Shown here one piece after another: positions 51,294 to 60,081 of a stretch of 64,000 nucleotides of DNA. Source of the DNA: Vicinamibacteria bacterium (lineage in GTDB: Bacteria > Acidobacteriota > Vicinamibacteria > Fen-336); the NCBI GenBank assembly GCA_050246895.1, contig JBFWVE010000001.1, positions 826,722 to 890,721 of the forward strand. The letters are read 5' to 3'. The notes below the pieces were generated by a model. That model did no database searches, was not told the DNA's origin, and saw only the letters and a list, made by a program, of their open reading frames with translations. How positions within the stretch are numbered: position 1 is the stretch's first letter; the number at the start of each line of letters is the position of its first letter. A program made the position numbers and the translations under genes.

Positions 51294-51557
51294 CTACACG
51301 TTCCAGTGATCGACGATCCCGACGATCGCGGCGTCGGCGGGCACGTCGTCGGGCAGGAAGGGGAAGCAGGCCTCGCGGCCGCGCACGTAGAAGACGTCCT
51401 CGCCGGCGCCGGCGCCGACCGAGTCGACCGCGACCAGGGGCTTGCCCGCGGACGAGCGGTCGGTGCGCAGCGGCTGGATCAGCAGCAGCTTGATCCCGCT
51501 GAGCCCGGGATCCTTGCGGGTGGCGACCACGGTGCCGACGACGCGGGCGAGCAGCAC
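51294..51557 (-). CDS. BMC vertex (pentamer) protein, EutN/CcmL/PduN family, paralog 2
   Basis: MLLARVVGTVVATRKDPGLSGIKLLLIQPL...; 87 aa. Confidence 0.85.
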   Translation of the reverse strand: MLLARVVGTVVATRKDPGLSGIKLLLIQPLRTDRSSAGKPLVAVDSVGAGAGEDVFYVRGREACFPFLPDDVPADAAIVGIVDHWNV

Positions 51558-51561
51558 GGCC

Positions 51562-51831
51562 TCAGTCCTTGACCTCGACGCTGTCGACGACGCCCACCAC
51601 CGCCGCGTCCACGGGGCAGTCCTTGAGGCCGGACGCCATCCGCGCGGAGGAGCCGGTCACGATCAGCACCTTGTCGCTGAGACCCGCATCCACCGTGTCG
51701 ACCGCCACCATGTAGGCCGCTTCGTCCTTGCCCCTCGGGTCGACCTGGCGCACCACCAGCAGCTTCGCCCCCAGCAGGCGCTCGTCCTTGCGGGTGGCGA
51801 CCACGGTGCCGACGACGCGGGCCAGGATCAA
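51562..51831 (-). CDS. BMC vertex (pentamer) protein, EutN/CcmL/PduN family, paralog 1
   Basis: MILARVVGTVVATRKDERLLGAKLLVVRQV...; 89 aa. Confidence 0.85.
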   Translation of the reverse strand: MILARVVGTVVATRKDERLLGAKLLVVRQVDPRGKDEAAYMVAVDTVDAGLSDKVLIVTGSSARMASGLKDCPVDAAVVGVVDSVEVKD

Positions 51832-51835
51832 ACGC

Positions 51836-52120
51836 CTACTTCGCGGCCTTGCCGATCGGCAGCACGTCTTCGAGGTTCGCGTGCGGCCGCGGGATCACGT
51901 GGACCGAAACCAGCTCGCCCACGCGGCGTGCGGCGGCGGCGCCGGCGTCGGTGGCGGCCTTGACGGCCGCGACGTCCCCGCGCACGAGTGCCGTCACGTA
52001 GCCCGAGCCGATCTTCTCGTAGCCGACCAGCGTGACCTTGGCGGCCTTCACCATGGCGTCCGCAGCCTCGATCATGGCCACGAGACCCCGGGTCTCGATC
52101 ATCCCCAGCGCTTCACCCAT
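51836..52120 (-). CDS. BMC hexamer shell protein (BMC-H; PduA/EutM/CcmK family)
   Basis: [56 protein letters not shown]... is the canonical BMC-domain sequence. Confidence 0.9.
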   Translation of the reverse strand: MGEALGMIETRGLVAMIEAADAMVKAAKVTLVGYEKIGSGYVTALVRGDVAAVKAATDAGAAAARRVGELVSVHVIPRPHANLEDVLPIGKAAK

Positions 52121-52217
52121 GCAGCCTCCCTGCGGCCTTCCCGGTTCTCGTCCCTTCGAAAGACCCTGACTCTACCCCCCGCGGAGGGCCCGTCAAGTCG
52201 GCCCGGAGCGGCCCTCG

Positions 52218-52991
52218 TCAGCGCTGGCCCCCGGAAAAGCGCGCGACCGCCTCGCTCACGATCCGCAGCAGCTCGTCGCGCGACAGCACCACGCGGTCCT
52301 CGCCGCCGACGCTCACGCTGGTGCCGCACGACGGGCAGGGCACGCAGGCGGGCGGCGGGTAGCCCGCGCTCGTCCGCATCGACTCGAGCCGGGCGACGTC
52401 CCCGGCCGGCAGCGGGCGCTCGACCCCCAGGCTGCGCGCCGCGAGGGTCACCCGCGCGAGCTGCTCCAGCGTCTCCATGCGCTCCCAGGCGCGCAGCAGG
52501 CCGTCGCCGACGGCCAGCGCACCGTGGTTCGCCAGCAGCAGCGCGTGGGCGTCGCAGATGGCGTCCCCTACGTTGCGCGCCAGCTCTTCGGTCGACGGCG
52601 TGCCGTAGGGAATCACCGGCACCGGCCCCAGCGTCACCACCGCCTCGGCCGTGATCGGCCGGTCGAGCGGGATGCCCGCGACGGCGAAGGCCGTGGCCGT
52701 CGGCGGGTGCGCGTGCACCACGGCCTTCACGTCGGAGCGCCGCTCGTAGATGGCCGCGTGCATCAGCGTCTCGGTCGAGACGCGCAGCGTGCCCGAGACC
52801 CGCGCGCCGCGCAGGTCGGCGCGCACGATCATGTCGGGGGTCAGGAAGCCCTTGCAGACGCCGGCGGGCGTGATCAGGATGCCCTCGGCGTCGCGCAGCG
52901 AGATGTTGCCCTCGTTGCCGCTGATCAGCCCGCGCGCGTAGAGGCGGCGCCCGACCTCGACGATCGCCTCGCGCGCGGCCCGCTCGTCCAA
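52218..52991 (-). CDS. Class II aldolase/adducin-family protein (fuculose-phosphate-aldolase-like) with ~50-aa C-terminal extension
   Basis: ...GNEGNISLR..., ...AVVHAHPP... and ...LLANHGALAVG... are the class II aldolase motifs. The C-terminal tail PPACVPCPSCGTSV...SRDELLRIVSEAVARF contains an amphipathic helix. Confidence 0.85.
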   Translation of the reverse strand: MDERAAREAIVEVGRRLYARGLISGNEGNISLRDAEGILITPAGVCKGFLTPDMIVRADLRGARVSGTLRVSTETLMHAAIYERRSDVKAVVHAHPPTATAFAVAGIPLDRPITAEAVVTLGPVPVIPYGTPSTEELARNVGDAICDAHALLLANHGALAVGDGLLRAWERMETLEQLARVTLAARSLGVERPLPAGDVARLESMRTSAGYPPPACVPCPSCGTSVSVGGEDRVVLSRDELLRIVSEAVARFSGGQR

Positions 52992-53000
52992 GCGCCGCTC

Positions 53001-53309
53001 CTAGGACACGGCCCGCACGGGCGCGGCCGCGGCGAGCGCGCGATCGCGGCAGGCGGGGGAGCAGAAGTACTCGCGCTCGCCCGAGACCTCGGCGGCCAGC
53101 GCCCGCTCCTTCGGCAGGAACGTGTTGCACACGCGGTCCCGCACCAGCTCGCCGCCCACGGCGGGAGCGGCCGGCGCGGGCGGCGCCTCGCGCGGACGGG
53201 GCGCGGGGGCCCGCACGGCGCGCACGACCGCAGCGAGAAGGCGGAAGAGAAAGCGCACCGCGACCAGCACGAAGACGACGCGCACGATTCCCGCGAGCAG
53301 CCCTGGCAC
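53001..53309 (-). CDS. Membrane-anchored YHS/TRASH-like domain protein, first gene of the BMC operon
   Basis: An N-terminal TM helix (LLAGIVRVVFVLVAVRFLF) is followed by ...DRVCNTFLPKERALAAEVSGEREYFCSPACRD... (YHS-like C...YFCSxxC). The gene ends 9 nt upstream of the aldolase start. Confidence 0.55.
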   Translation of the reverse strand: MPGLLAGIVRVVFVLVAVRFLFRLLAAVVRAVRAPAPRPREAPPAPAAPAVGGELVRDRVCNTFLPKERALAAEVSGEREYFCSPACRDRALAAAAPVRAVS

Positions 53310-53420
53310 CGGATGCCCAGTCTACGCGCGCGGCCGGCCCGCCCGCGAGGGCGGCCGAGGACGCAGCGAACCCGCCCCCGAAGGCCCACTCGGCGCTAGG
53401 ATTCGGGCAGGGAGGGGGCC

Positions 53421-53885
53421 ATGATCCGGCTTCGGAAGATCCTGTTGCCGACGGACTTCTCGGATGGTGCCCTGCACGCGCTCCAGTACGGCACCTCCTT
53501 CGCGCTCGAGTACCAGGCCGAGCTGGTGCTGCTGCACGTCGTCGAGACGGTGGCGGCGCCCTACGCGAGCGACCTGTTCCCGGTGCCGATGGCCGAGGTG
53601 TTCGAGGAGATGACCGGCTATGCGCGGACCGAGCTCGACAAGCTGGCCGCCGCCGCGCGCGAGAAGGGCGTCGAGCAGGTCCGCACCCTGGTGGCCCAGG
53701 GCAAGCCCTCGCACGAGATCATGCGCGTGGCGCGCGAGGAGACGATCGACCTGATCGTGCTGGGCACCCACGGCAAGGGCGTGCTCGACCAGGCCCTGTT
53801 CGGCTCGACGACGGAGCGCGTGGTGCGCAAGTCGCCCTGCCCGGTGCTCACGGTGCGCCAGCCCGAGCACGAGTTCGTCGAATAG
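53421..53885 (+). CDS. Universal stress protein (UspA family)
   Basis: MIRLRKILLPTDFSDGALHALQYG...LVLLHVVE...IVLGTHGKGVLDQALFGSTTERVVRKSPCPVLTV is the canonical UspA sequence. Confidence 0.85.
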   Translation: MIRLRKILLPTDFSDGALHALQYGTSFALEYQAELVLLHVVETVAAPYASDLFPVPMAEVFEEMTGYARTELDKLAAAAREKGVEQVRTLVAQGKPSHEIMRVAREETIDLIVLGTHGKGVLDQALFGSTTERVVRKSPCPVLTVRQPEHEFVE

Positions 53886-53897
53886 GGGAGGATTCGG

Positions 53898-54938
53898 CTA
53901 CGACCAGTTGACGCCTGACCAGCGAAGCAGCACGGTGCCGACGGTGAAGCCGGCGCCGACGCTGGCGAGCAGCACCAGGTCGCCCTTCGCCAGGCGCTTC
54001 TCGTCGAGGGCGGTCGCCAGCGCCAGCGGGATGGTGGCCGCCGTGGTGTTGCCGTAGCGGTCGATGTTCCTGATCACGCGCTCCTCGGGCAGCTTCAGCC
54101 GGTCCTTGGCGGCGTCGATGATGCGCAGGTTCGCCTGGTGCGCCACGAACAGGTCGAGCTGCTCCGACGGCACGCCGTTCTTCTCGAGCAGTGCCTTCGA
54201 GCTGTCGGCCATCTTGCGCACCGCATACTTGAAGACGTGGCCGCCCTCCTGGCGCACGAAGTGCATGCGCTGGTCGACCGTCTCGTGCGAGGCCGGCTTC
54301 GCGCTGCCGCCGGCGGGCATGTGCAGGTAGCAGCCGCCCGAACCGTCCACCTCGTGCGCGTAGTCGAGGATGCCGGTGTCGTCCTGCGAGGGCTCGAGCA
54401 GCACGGCCCCGGCGCCGTCGCCGAACAGCACGCAGGTCGCGCGATCCTGGAAGTCGAGGATCGAGGTCATCACGTCGGCGCCGATCACCAGCACCTTCCC
54501 GTGCGCCCCGCTCTCGACGAACTGGGCGCCCACGGTGAGCGCGTAGGTGAAGCCCGAGCAGGCCGCCGAGACGTCGAAACCCCAGGCCCGGCGGGCGCCC
54601 AGCTTGTCCTGCACCAGGCACGCGGTGGCGGGGAAGACCATGTCCGGCGTGACGGTGCCGACCACGATCAGGTCGATCTCCTCCGGCCCCACGCCGCGCC
54701 GCTCCAGGCACTCCCGCGCCGCCCGCAGCGCGAGCTCGCTGGTGGGCGTGCCGGGCTCGGCGTAGCGGCGCTCGCGGATGCCGGTGCGCGTGCGGATCCA
54801 TTCGTCCGTGGTGTCGACGATCTTCTCGAGATCGGCGTTGGTGACGACCCGCTCGGGCAGATAGCGTCCGAGGGACGTGATGGCCGCTCGCTTGCGCGTC
54901 ATGCTCCTCTTCTCTTTCCGGGAAACCGGGCCCTGCAA
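53898..54938 (-). CDS. 3-oxoacyl-ACP synthase III (KAS III), second paralog
   Basis: ...[43 protein letters not shown]... is FabH-like throughout. The alternative start Met at 54902 ([12 protein letters not shown]) is more typical than the track start. Confidence 0.8.
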   Translation of the reverse strand: MQGPVSRKEKRSMTRKRAAITSLGRYLPERVVTNADLEKIVDTTDEWIRTRTGIRERRYAEPGTPTSELALRAARECLERRGVGPEEIDLIVVGTVTPDMVFPATACLVQDKLGARRAWGFDVSAACSGFTYALTVGAQFVESGAHGKVLVIGADVMTSILDFQDRATCVLFGDGAGAVLLEPSQDDTGILDYAHEVDGSGGCYLHMPAGGSAKPASHETVDQRMHFVRQEGGHVFKYAVRKMADSSKALLEKNGVPSEQLDLFVAHQANLRIIDAAKDRLKLPEERVIRNIDRYGNTTAATIPLALATALDEKRLAKGDLVLLASVGAGFTVGTVLLRWSGVNWS

Positions 54939-55030
54939 CGGGCCCCAGGCGCCCCGTGACGGGCGCTTCGTGACGGGAAGTATTAGACCCGAAGCCGCGC
55001 CGCCGGAGCAAGTTAGCTAGACTCCGGCCC

Positions 55031-56008
55031 GTGGACACGGCCGCCGCTCGCCGCGCGCTCGAGGCGCTGCCGCGCGTGGCGCTCTGGCCCGGGCCGTCGC
55101 CCGTCGAGGAGCTCGTGCGCCTGCGCGCCGCGGTCGGCGCCCGGCCCCGGCTCCTGGTCGAGCGCGACGACGCGCTGGCCTTCGGCTTCGGCGGCAACAA
55201 GGTGCGCAAGCTCGCGCTGGTGGCGGCGCAGGCCCTGGCGGCGAGCGCCGACACGCTGGTGACCACCGGCGGCGTGCAGTCGAATCACTGCCGCGCGACC
55301 GCCGCCGCGGCGACGCGGCTGGGCCTCGGCTGCCACCTGGTGCTGAACGGCGCGCCGCCCGAGCGCCTCGCGGCCAACCTGCTGCTCGACCGCCTGCTGG
55401 GCGCCGAGTTGGAGTACGTCGCGACGCGCGAGGAGCGCGCGCCGGCGCTGCGGGCCGCCTGCGAGCGGCTGCGCTCGCTGGGACGGCGCCCTTTCGAGAT
55501 CCCGCTGGGCGCTTCGACGGCCGTGGGCGCCGCCGCCTTCGCGCTCGCATTCGGCGAGCTGGTCGAACAGGCGGGCGCGCCCGACGTCATCGTGCATGCC
55601 ACCTCGTCGGGAGGCACGCAGGCGGGGCTGCTGGCGGGCTGCGTGCTGTGGGACGCGCCGACGCGCGTGATCGGCGTCAGCGCCGACGACTCCGCGCCGG
55701 CGATCGCCGCACAGGTCAGCTCGGTCCTGCGCGAGCTGGCGGCTGTCCTCGGGGTCGACGGCGAGGAGCTGCTCTCCCGGCCGATCCTGGTCGAGGACGG
55801 CTTCGTAGGCCCGGGCTACGGCGTCGCCAGCGAGGCGTCGATCGAGGCCCAGGCCCTCTTCGCGCGCAGCGAGGCGCTCTTCGTCGACCACACCTACACC
55901 GCCAAGGCAGCCGCGGGCCTCGTCGCGCTGCTGCGCTCGGGGCGGCTCGACGACGCCGAGCGCGTCGTCTTCTGGCACACCGGAGGCCAGATCAGCCTGT
56001 TCGCGTAG
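55031..56008 (+). CDS. PLP-dependent ACC deaminase / D-cysteine desulfhydrase-family protein
   Basis: ...FGFGGNKVRKLALVAAQALAASADTLVTTGGVQSNHCRATAAAA... has the Lys-PLP site and is 325 aa. Confidence 0.85.
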   Translation: MDTAAARRALEALPRVALWPGPSPVEELVRLRAAVGARPRLLVERDDALAFGFGGNKVRKLALVAAQALAASADTLVTTGGVQSNHCRATAAAATRLGLGCHLVLNGAPPERLAANLLLDRLLGAELEYVATREERAPALRAACERLRSLGRRPFEIPLGASTAVGAAAFALAFGELVEQAGAPDVIVHATSSGGTQAGLLAGCVLWDAPTRVIGVSADDSAPAIAAQVSSVLRELAAVLGVDGEELLSRPILVEDGFVGPGYGVASEASIEAQALFARSEALFVDHTYTAKAAAGLVALLRSGRLDDAERVVFWHTGGQISLFA

Positions 56009-56029
56009 CGTCGGGAGATAATCTGCCCG

Positions 56030-56452
56030 ATGTCACACGCCCACGCCGACGTGCTGCGCTTCATCGAGGAGGTCCCCTACAACCGGCTGCTGGGGATCCG
56101 TGGCGAGTCCGTCGGCCAGGGCCGCGCGGTGCTGAGCCTGGAGGTCGGCTCGCAGCACGTCGGCGACGCGCGCCGGCCGGCCCTTCACGGCGGCGCCATC
56201 TCTTCGCTGATCGACACCGCCGGCGGGGCCGCCGCCTGGTCGGCGCTCGGCCCCGGCGAGAGCGTGTCGACGGTGGACCTGATGGTCGACTACCTGGAGC
56301 CGGGCCGGCTCTCGGGCGTGCTGCGCGCCGAAGCGGAGCTCGTGCGCAAGGGCAACCGCGTCTGCCACGTGCGCGTGCGGGTGACGCAGGACGGCACGCT
56401 GCTCGCCGAGGGCCGCGGCGTCTACAACATCCACCGGCGCCACGCCGGCTGA
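56030..56452 (+). CDS. PaaI-family hotdog-fold thioesterase
   Basis: ...LGIRGESVGQGRAVLSLEVGSQHVGDARRPALHGGAISSLIDTAGGAAAW... matches the PaaI/4HBT signature. Confidence 0.8.
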   Translation: MSHAHADVLRFIEEVPYNRLLGIRGESVGQGRAVLSLEVGSQHVGDARRPALHGGAISSLIDTAGGAAAWSALGPGESVSTVDLMVDYLEPGRLSGVLRAEAELVRKGNRVCHVRVRVTQDGTLLAEGRGVYNIHRRHAG

Positions 56453-56466
56453 GCGGAGGCGAGAAG

Positions 56467-57471
56467 CTGCGCGTCCTGATCGTCGGTGGCAACCGCTACA
56501 TGGGCTACGGCCTGACCTGGCGCCTGCTCGCGCGCGGGGACGAGGTCACCCATTTCCACCGCGGCACGCACCCCGATCCCTTCGGCGAGCGGGTCACCCG
56601 TCTCGTCGGCGACCGCCGCGGCGGCGACTTCGCACGGCTGCTCGCCGGACGCAGCTTCGACGCGGCCGTGGACTTCGCGGCCTTCGAGGCGGGCGACGTC
56701 GAGTCCGCGCTCGCCGTTCTCGAGGGACGCGTCGGGCACTACGTCCTGATCAGCACGGGCCAGGTCTACCTGGTGCGCGAGGGCTGCCCCTGGCCCGCCT
56801 CCGAGATGGACTACGAGGGCGCTCTGATGCCCCGCCCCGCCGATCCGCGCGACGGCTCGGAGTGGGACTACGGCATGGGCAAGCGCGGCTGCGAGGACGC
56901 CCTCGCTCGTGCGTTCGCCGCGAGCCGCTTCCCGGCGACACGGCTGCGCATCCCGATGGTGGACGGCGAGCGAGACCACCTGCGGCGCTTCGAGGCCTAC
57001 CTGTGGCGCATCCTCGACGGCGGGCCGGTGCTGGTCCCCGAAGGCGATCTGCGGCCCGTGCGCCACGTCTACGCGGGCGCCGTGGTGCGTGCGATCGCCG
57101 ATCTGCTGGGCCGCGCCGACAGCCACGGCCAGGCCTACAACCTCTCGCAGGACGAGATGCCGCCGCTGCCGGAGCTCGTCGGCGTGATGGCCGGAGCGCT
57201 GGGTGCCCGCCCACGCGTCGTGCCGGTGCCGGCAGCGCGCCTGGCCGAAGCGGGCCTCGACCTGCGTTCGGTCTCGCCGTTCTCGAGCCGCTGGATGTCG
57301 TGCCTCGAGCCTGCCCGCGCCAAGAGAGAGCTGGGCTTCCGCCACGAGCCGCTCCAGGAATACGTCGGCCGCATCGTCGCGTCGTTCCTGGCCCACCCGC
57401 CCGCGGACCAGCCGCCAGCCTACGTCGCCAGCCGCCCCGTCGAACTGGCGTTGGCCGCGCGGCTCTCCTGA
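56467..57471 (+). CDS. NAD-dependent epimerase/dehydratase-family (extended SDR) protein
   Basis: No ATG, GTG or TTG lies before the Rossmann motif; the best candidate is a CTG at 56467, 7 nt after a GGAGG that directly follows the PaaI stop (m/LRVLIVGGNRYMGYGL...). The C-terminal part of track ORF 55648..57471 carries the YxxxK region. Confidence 0.7.
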   Translation: MRVLIVGGNRYMGYGLTWRLLARGDEVTHFHRGTHPDPFGERVTRLVGDRRGGDFARLLAGRSFDAAVDFAAFEAGDVESALAVLEGRVGHYVLISTGQVYLVREGCPWPASEMDYEGALMPRPADPRDGSEWDYGMGKRGCEDALARAFAASRFPATRLRIPMVDGERDHLRRFEAYLWRILDGGPVLVPEGDLRPVRHVYAGAVVRAIADLLGRADSHGQAYNLSQDEMPPLPELVGVMAGALGARPRVVPVPAARLAEAGLDLRSVSPFSSRWMSCLEPARAKRELGFRHEPLQEYVGRIVASFLAHPPADQPPAYVASRPVELALAARLS

Positions 57472-57484
57472 CGACCTGCGTCAT

Positions 57485-57511
57485 CGCCCTCCACCCTATC
57501 CCCTCCCCCCC
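57485..57511. repeat. G/C-rich palindromic intergenic repeat, copy C (reverse orientation, right arm only: rc GGGGGGGAGGGGATAGGGTGGAGGGC)
   Basis: Matches GGGGAGGGGATAGGGGTGG of copy B. It lies 14 nt after the epimerase stop, between convergent genes. Confidence 0.4.
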
Positions 57512-57575
57512 ATCGCGACCCGCTGCGTCTGCGAGCGGCGATTCGTTTCGGGCTAAGCCACCGACCGGGGGGCAT

Positions 57576-58235
57576 TCACTCGAGCCGCAGGCCCACGAAG
57601 AGGAACCGGCCCTTCGCTTCCTCCGGCTTCACCTCGACCACGGCTGCGGTGCGGCCGCTGGCGCCGTCCTTCAGCTCGAGCTGGAAGGCGTAGCCCTCCG
57701 CCGTGGCCCAGTCGAGCACGTAGAGCCCGCCGCTGCGGTCGATCGGAACGTCGAGACGCGACTCCGTCTGCGCCAGCTCGAGGTCGCCCAGCGCCACGAC
57801 TCCCTCCTGCTCGACGCGCCGGAGCCGCAGGAACACGGTGTCGTGGCGGCGCGCGGCCAGCACCTCGAGCTTCGGCGCGAACACGACGCTGCGGGCCGCC
57901 GCCACGGCATCGGAAGAGGCGGGCGGGGCGACCACGAAGGCCGCGGCGGGACCGGGGCCCGTGCGCGACTCGAGCAGCGCGCGGACGTCGCGAAGCTCGC
58001 GAACGAGCGCAGAACGCTCCTCGCGCGACTCGGCCTGCGCGTTCTCCAGCGAGCCGAGGCGCGCCTCGAGCCTGCCGATCGCGCGCAGCGCACGCTCACC
58101 GGCATCGTCCTGCTGCGCCTCCTGGGCCACGGCGCGCGTTGCGCCAGCCCCCGTGAGGACCAGCGCGACGCCGAGCATCAGGGCGCCGGCGAGGGGCGGG
58201 CGCTCGGTGCGTCGAGGCAGAGCTGAAGCGAGCAT
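57576..58235 (-). CDS. Hypothetical secreted coiled-coil protein
   Basis: The internal Met start gives a signal peptide (MLASALPRRTERPPLAGALMLGVALVLTGAGATRAVAQ), followed by a coiled-coil-like segment and a beta-rich C-terminus. Confidence 0.5.
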   Translation of the reverse strand: MLASALPRRTERPPLAGALMLGVALVLTGAGATRAVAQEAQQDDAGERALRAIGRLEARLGSLENAQAESREERSALVRELRDVRALLESRTGPGPAAAFVVAPPASSDAVAAARSVVFAPKLEVLAARRHDTVFLRLRRVEQEGVVALGDLELAQTESRLDVPIDRSGGLYVLDWATAEGYAFQLELKDGASGRTAAVVEVKPEEAKGRFLFVGLRLE

Positions 58236-58303
58236 GGAAACCTCCGCGCCTATTCTCTGCCCTGGCGCCCTGCCCGCCGGGGAGCCGGCGATCGCGCCGG
58301 CGG

Positions 58304-60070
58304 TCACGGCACGTCGAAGGTCGTCGTGGCCGCAGCCAGGCGTCCGCCGCTGTGGCGGACGACCACGGTGAGGTGATAGCCGCCCTTCTTGCGCGGCGCG
58401 AGCACCGACGCAGCAATCTCGAGGTCGTCCCGGGCGAGCAGTTCCGCGTGCCGCCCCGGTGAGAGCTTCATCGCGACCGACCGGGCGAAGAAGTAGCGCT
58501 TGCCGACCGGCCTGCCGCCGGCGTCACGCAGCAGCGCCTGCAGCTCGACCTCGCCGAAGCGCTGGCCGTCGACCTCGCGAAAGACGAGGGCCTTCGTCGG
58601 CAGCAGCGCGACCACCTTGACCTCGCCGGCCTCCACTCGAGCCTCCACCGCGAGCCCGTCCTCCGCGAAGAGCCCGGGGAACAGCGCCGCCTGGTCGATC
58701 GAGCGCTCGGCCCGCTGCACGTCGCTCAGCCACTCGTACCCCTTGCGGTAGCGCAGCGAAAGCCCGGGACGCGCGACCTTCAGCTCGATCCGGTAGAAGC
58801 GGCCCGCCTTGCGCCCCGGCGGAGGCGCATAGGCGAGCAGGTAGTAGCCCCGGCTGTCCGTCATGGCCGCCTGCATGCCGCGCCGGAGGTCGTTGCTGTT
58901 GACGGACGCCACGGCCCCAGTCTGATCGGCCAGCGTGCGCAGGATCTCCTGCGGCTCGCGCAGGGCGCGGCCCTGCACCGATTGGAGGACGCCCTGGCTC
59001 ACCATCCGCGTCGTCACCGCGGAGGTGGCCGAAGGAACCGCCTCGGCGCCGGGACCGCCCAGGCCGCGCGCATCCACCGTGTACACCGACACCTGGGCTC
59101 GGTTGGCCTCGTCGAGCACGGCTCGCAGCAGCCGGGTCGAGTCGACCTGCGTGCCGCTCAGCGACGTATAGGTCTGGGACATCCCCAGGCCTGCCCGGCC
59201 TCCCCCGCAAGCCCCGTCCACGATCTCAGTGACGGTGGCGGCCGGCCGCATCGAATACCCAGCCGAGTAGAAGGCCACCTGCTTGCGGCCCGCCAGCGGC
59301 GCCAGATAGCGGGCGAGCGCGGCCAGCCCCTCCATCGCGACGGTCGTTCCCTGCTTCGCGTTCGCCAGGTAGACCCTGGCGAGCGACAGCGCGTTGCTCG
59401 GGCCCCCGCTGGTGCCGTCGCAGCTCCGGTTGACGTCCTCCACGAAGCTCGCGAAGGTCGCCTCGGAGTTGCCCGCAGACGGCTTCAGCGCCTCGACGGC
59501 GGCCACGAAGGCCGCGAGGTCGTCGGTGAACGGCTGGCGGATCTGCACGCCGCGGTCGAGGGCCACCAGCATCAGGCGCGTGCCGGGATCGACCTGCTCG
59601 CGGGCCATCGAGACGATGGCCTGGCGAGCCAGCACCAGGGCATCGGCCGGCGTCGTGTAGAGGTCGACGACCACCACCAGCGCGGGCGGCGCGCCCCCAG
59701 CCGTTCCCGGGGCCTCGGGCGAAGGCCGGTGGCCGGAAGGCTCGGGCGGCGCGGGCGAGACGACGCCCGGCATGACCGCCGGCGCTCCCTCGCGCGCTGC
59801 GACGAAGCGCACGAACTCGAGCCGCTGCGGCTTTCCCTCCTCGAAGACCTGGATCTCGTCGGCCCGCAGGTCCGTCACCGGGCGGCCGTCGCGGCCGCTG
59901 GCGATCAGGTCGATCAGCACCAGATCCACGCTCGCGCCGAAGGCGGGCCTCTGCTGAGGCGTCGCGCGCGAGGTCACGAGGGCCGCGGCCAGGCCCGCGA
60001 ATGCGACCACCACAAGGCCCAGGCCGCGGCGCGGCAAGGGCGCGCGGGCTTCCGTTGGAAGGCGCCGCAT
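58304..60070 (-). CDS. Secreted VWA-domain protein (VWFA-related acidobacterial-type), paralog 1
   Basis: Start taken at the Met 147 residues into the track ORF (MRRLPTEARAP... signal anchor). The ...LVVVVDLYTTP... VWA fold, ...VSVYTVDARGLGG... and a conserved C-terminal beta-domain are present. Confidence 0.8.
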   Translation of the reverse strand: MRRLPTEARAPLPRRGLGLVVVAFAGLAAALVTSRATPQQRPAFGASVDLVLIDLIASGRDGRPVTDLRADEIQVFEEGKPQRLEFVRFVAAREGAPAVMPGVVSPAPPEPSGHRPSPEAPGTAGGAPPALVVVVDLYTTPADALVLARQAIVSMAREQVDPGTRLMLVALDRGVQIRQPFTDDLAAFVAAVEALKPSAGNSEATFASFVEDVNRSCDGTSGGPSNALSLARVYLANAKQGTTVAMEGLAALARYLAPLAGRKQVAFYSAGYSMRPAATVTEIVDGACGGGRAGLGMSQTYTSLSGTQVDSTRLLRAVLDEANRAQVSVYTVDARGLGGPGAEAVPSATSAVTTRMVSQGVLQSVQGRALREPQEILRTLADQTGAVASVNSNDLRRGMQAAMTDSRGYYLLAYAPPPGRKAGRFYRIELKVARPGLSLRYRKGYEWLSDVQRAERSIDQAALFPGLFAEDGLAVEARVEAGEVKVVALLPTKALVFREVDGQRFGEVELQALLRDAGGRPVGKRYFFARSVAMKLSPGRHAELLARDDLEIAASVLAPRKKGGYHLTVVVRHSGGRLAAATTTFDVP

Positions 60071-60081
60071 GGTCTCCCTCG

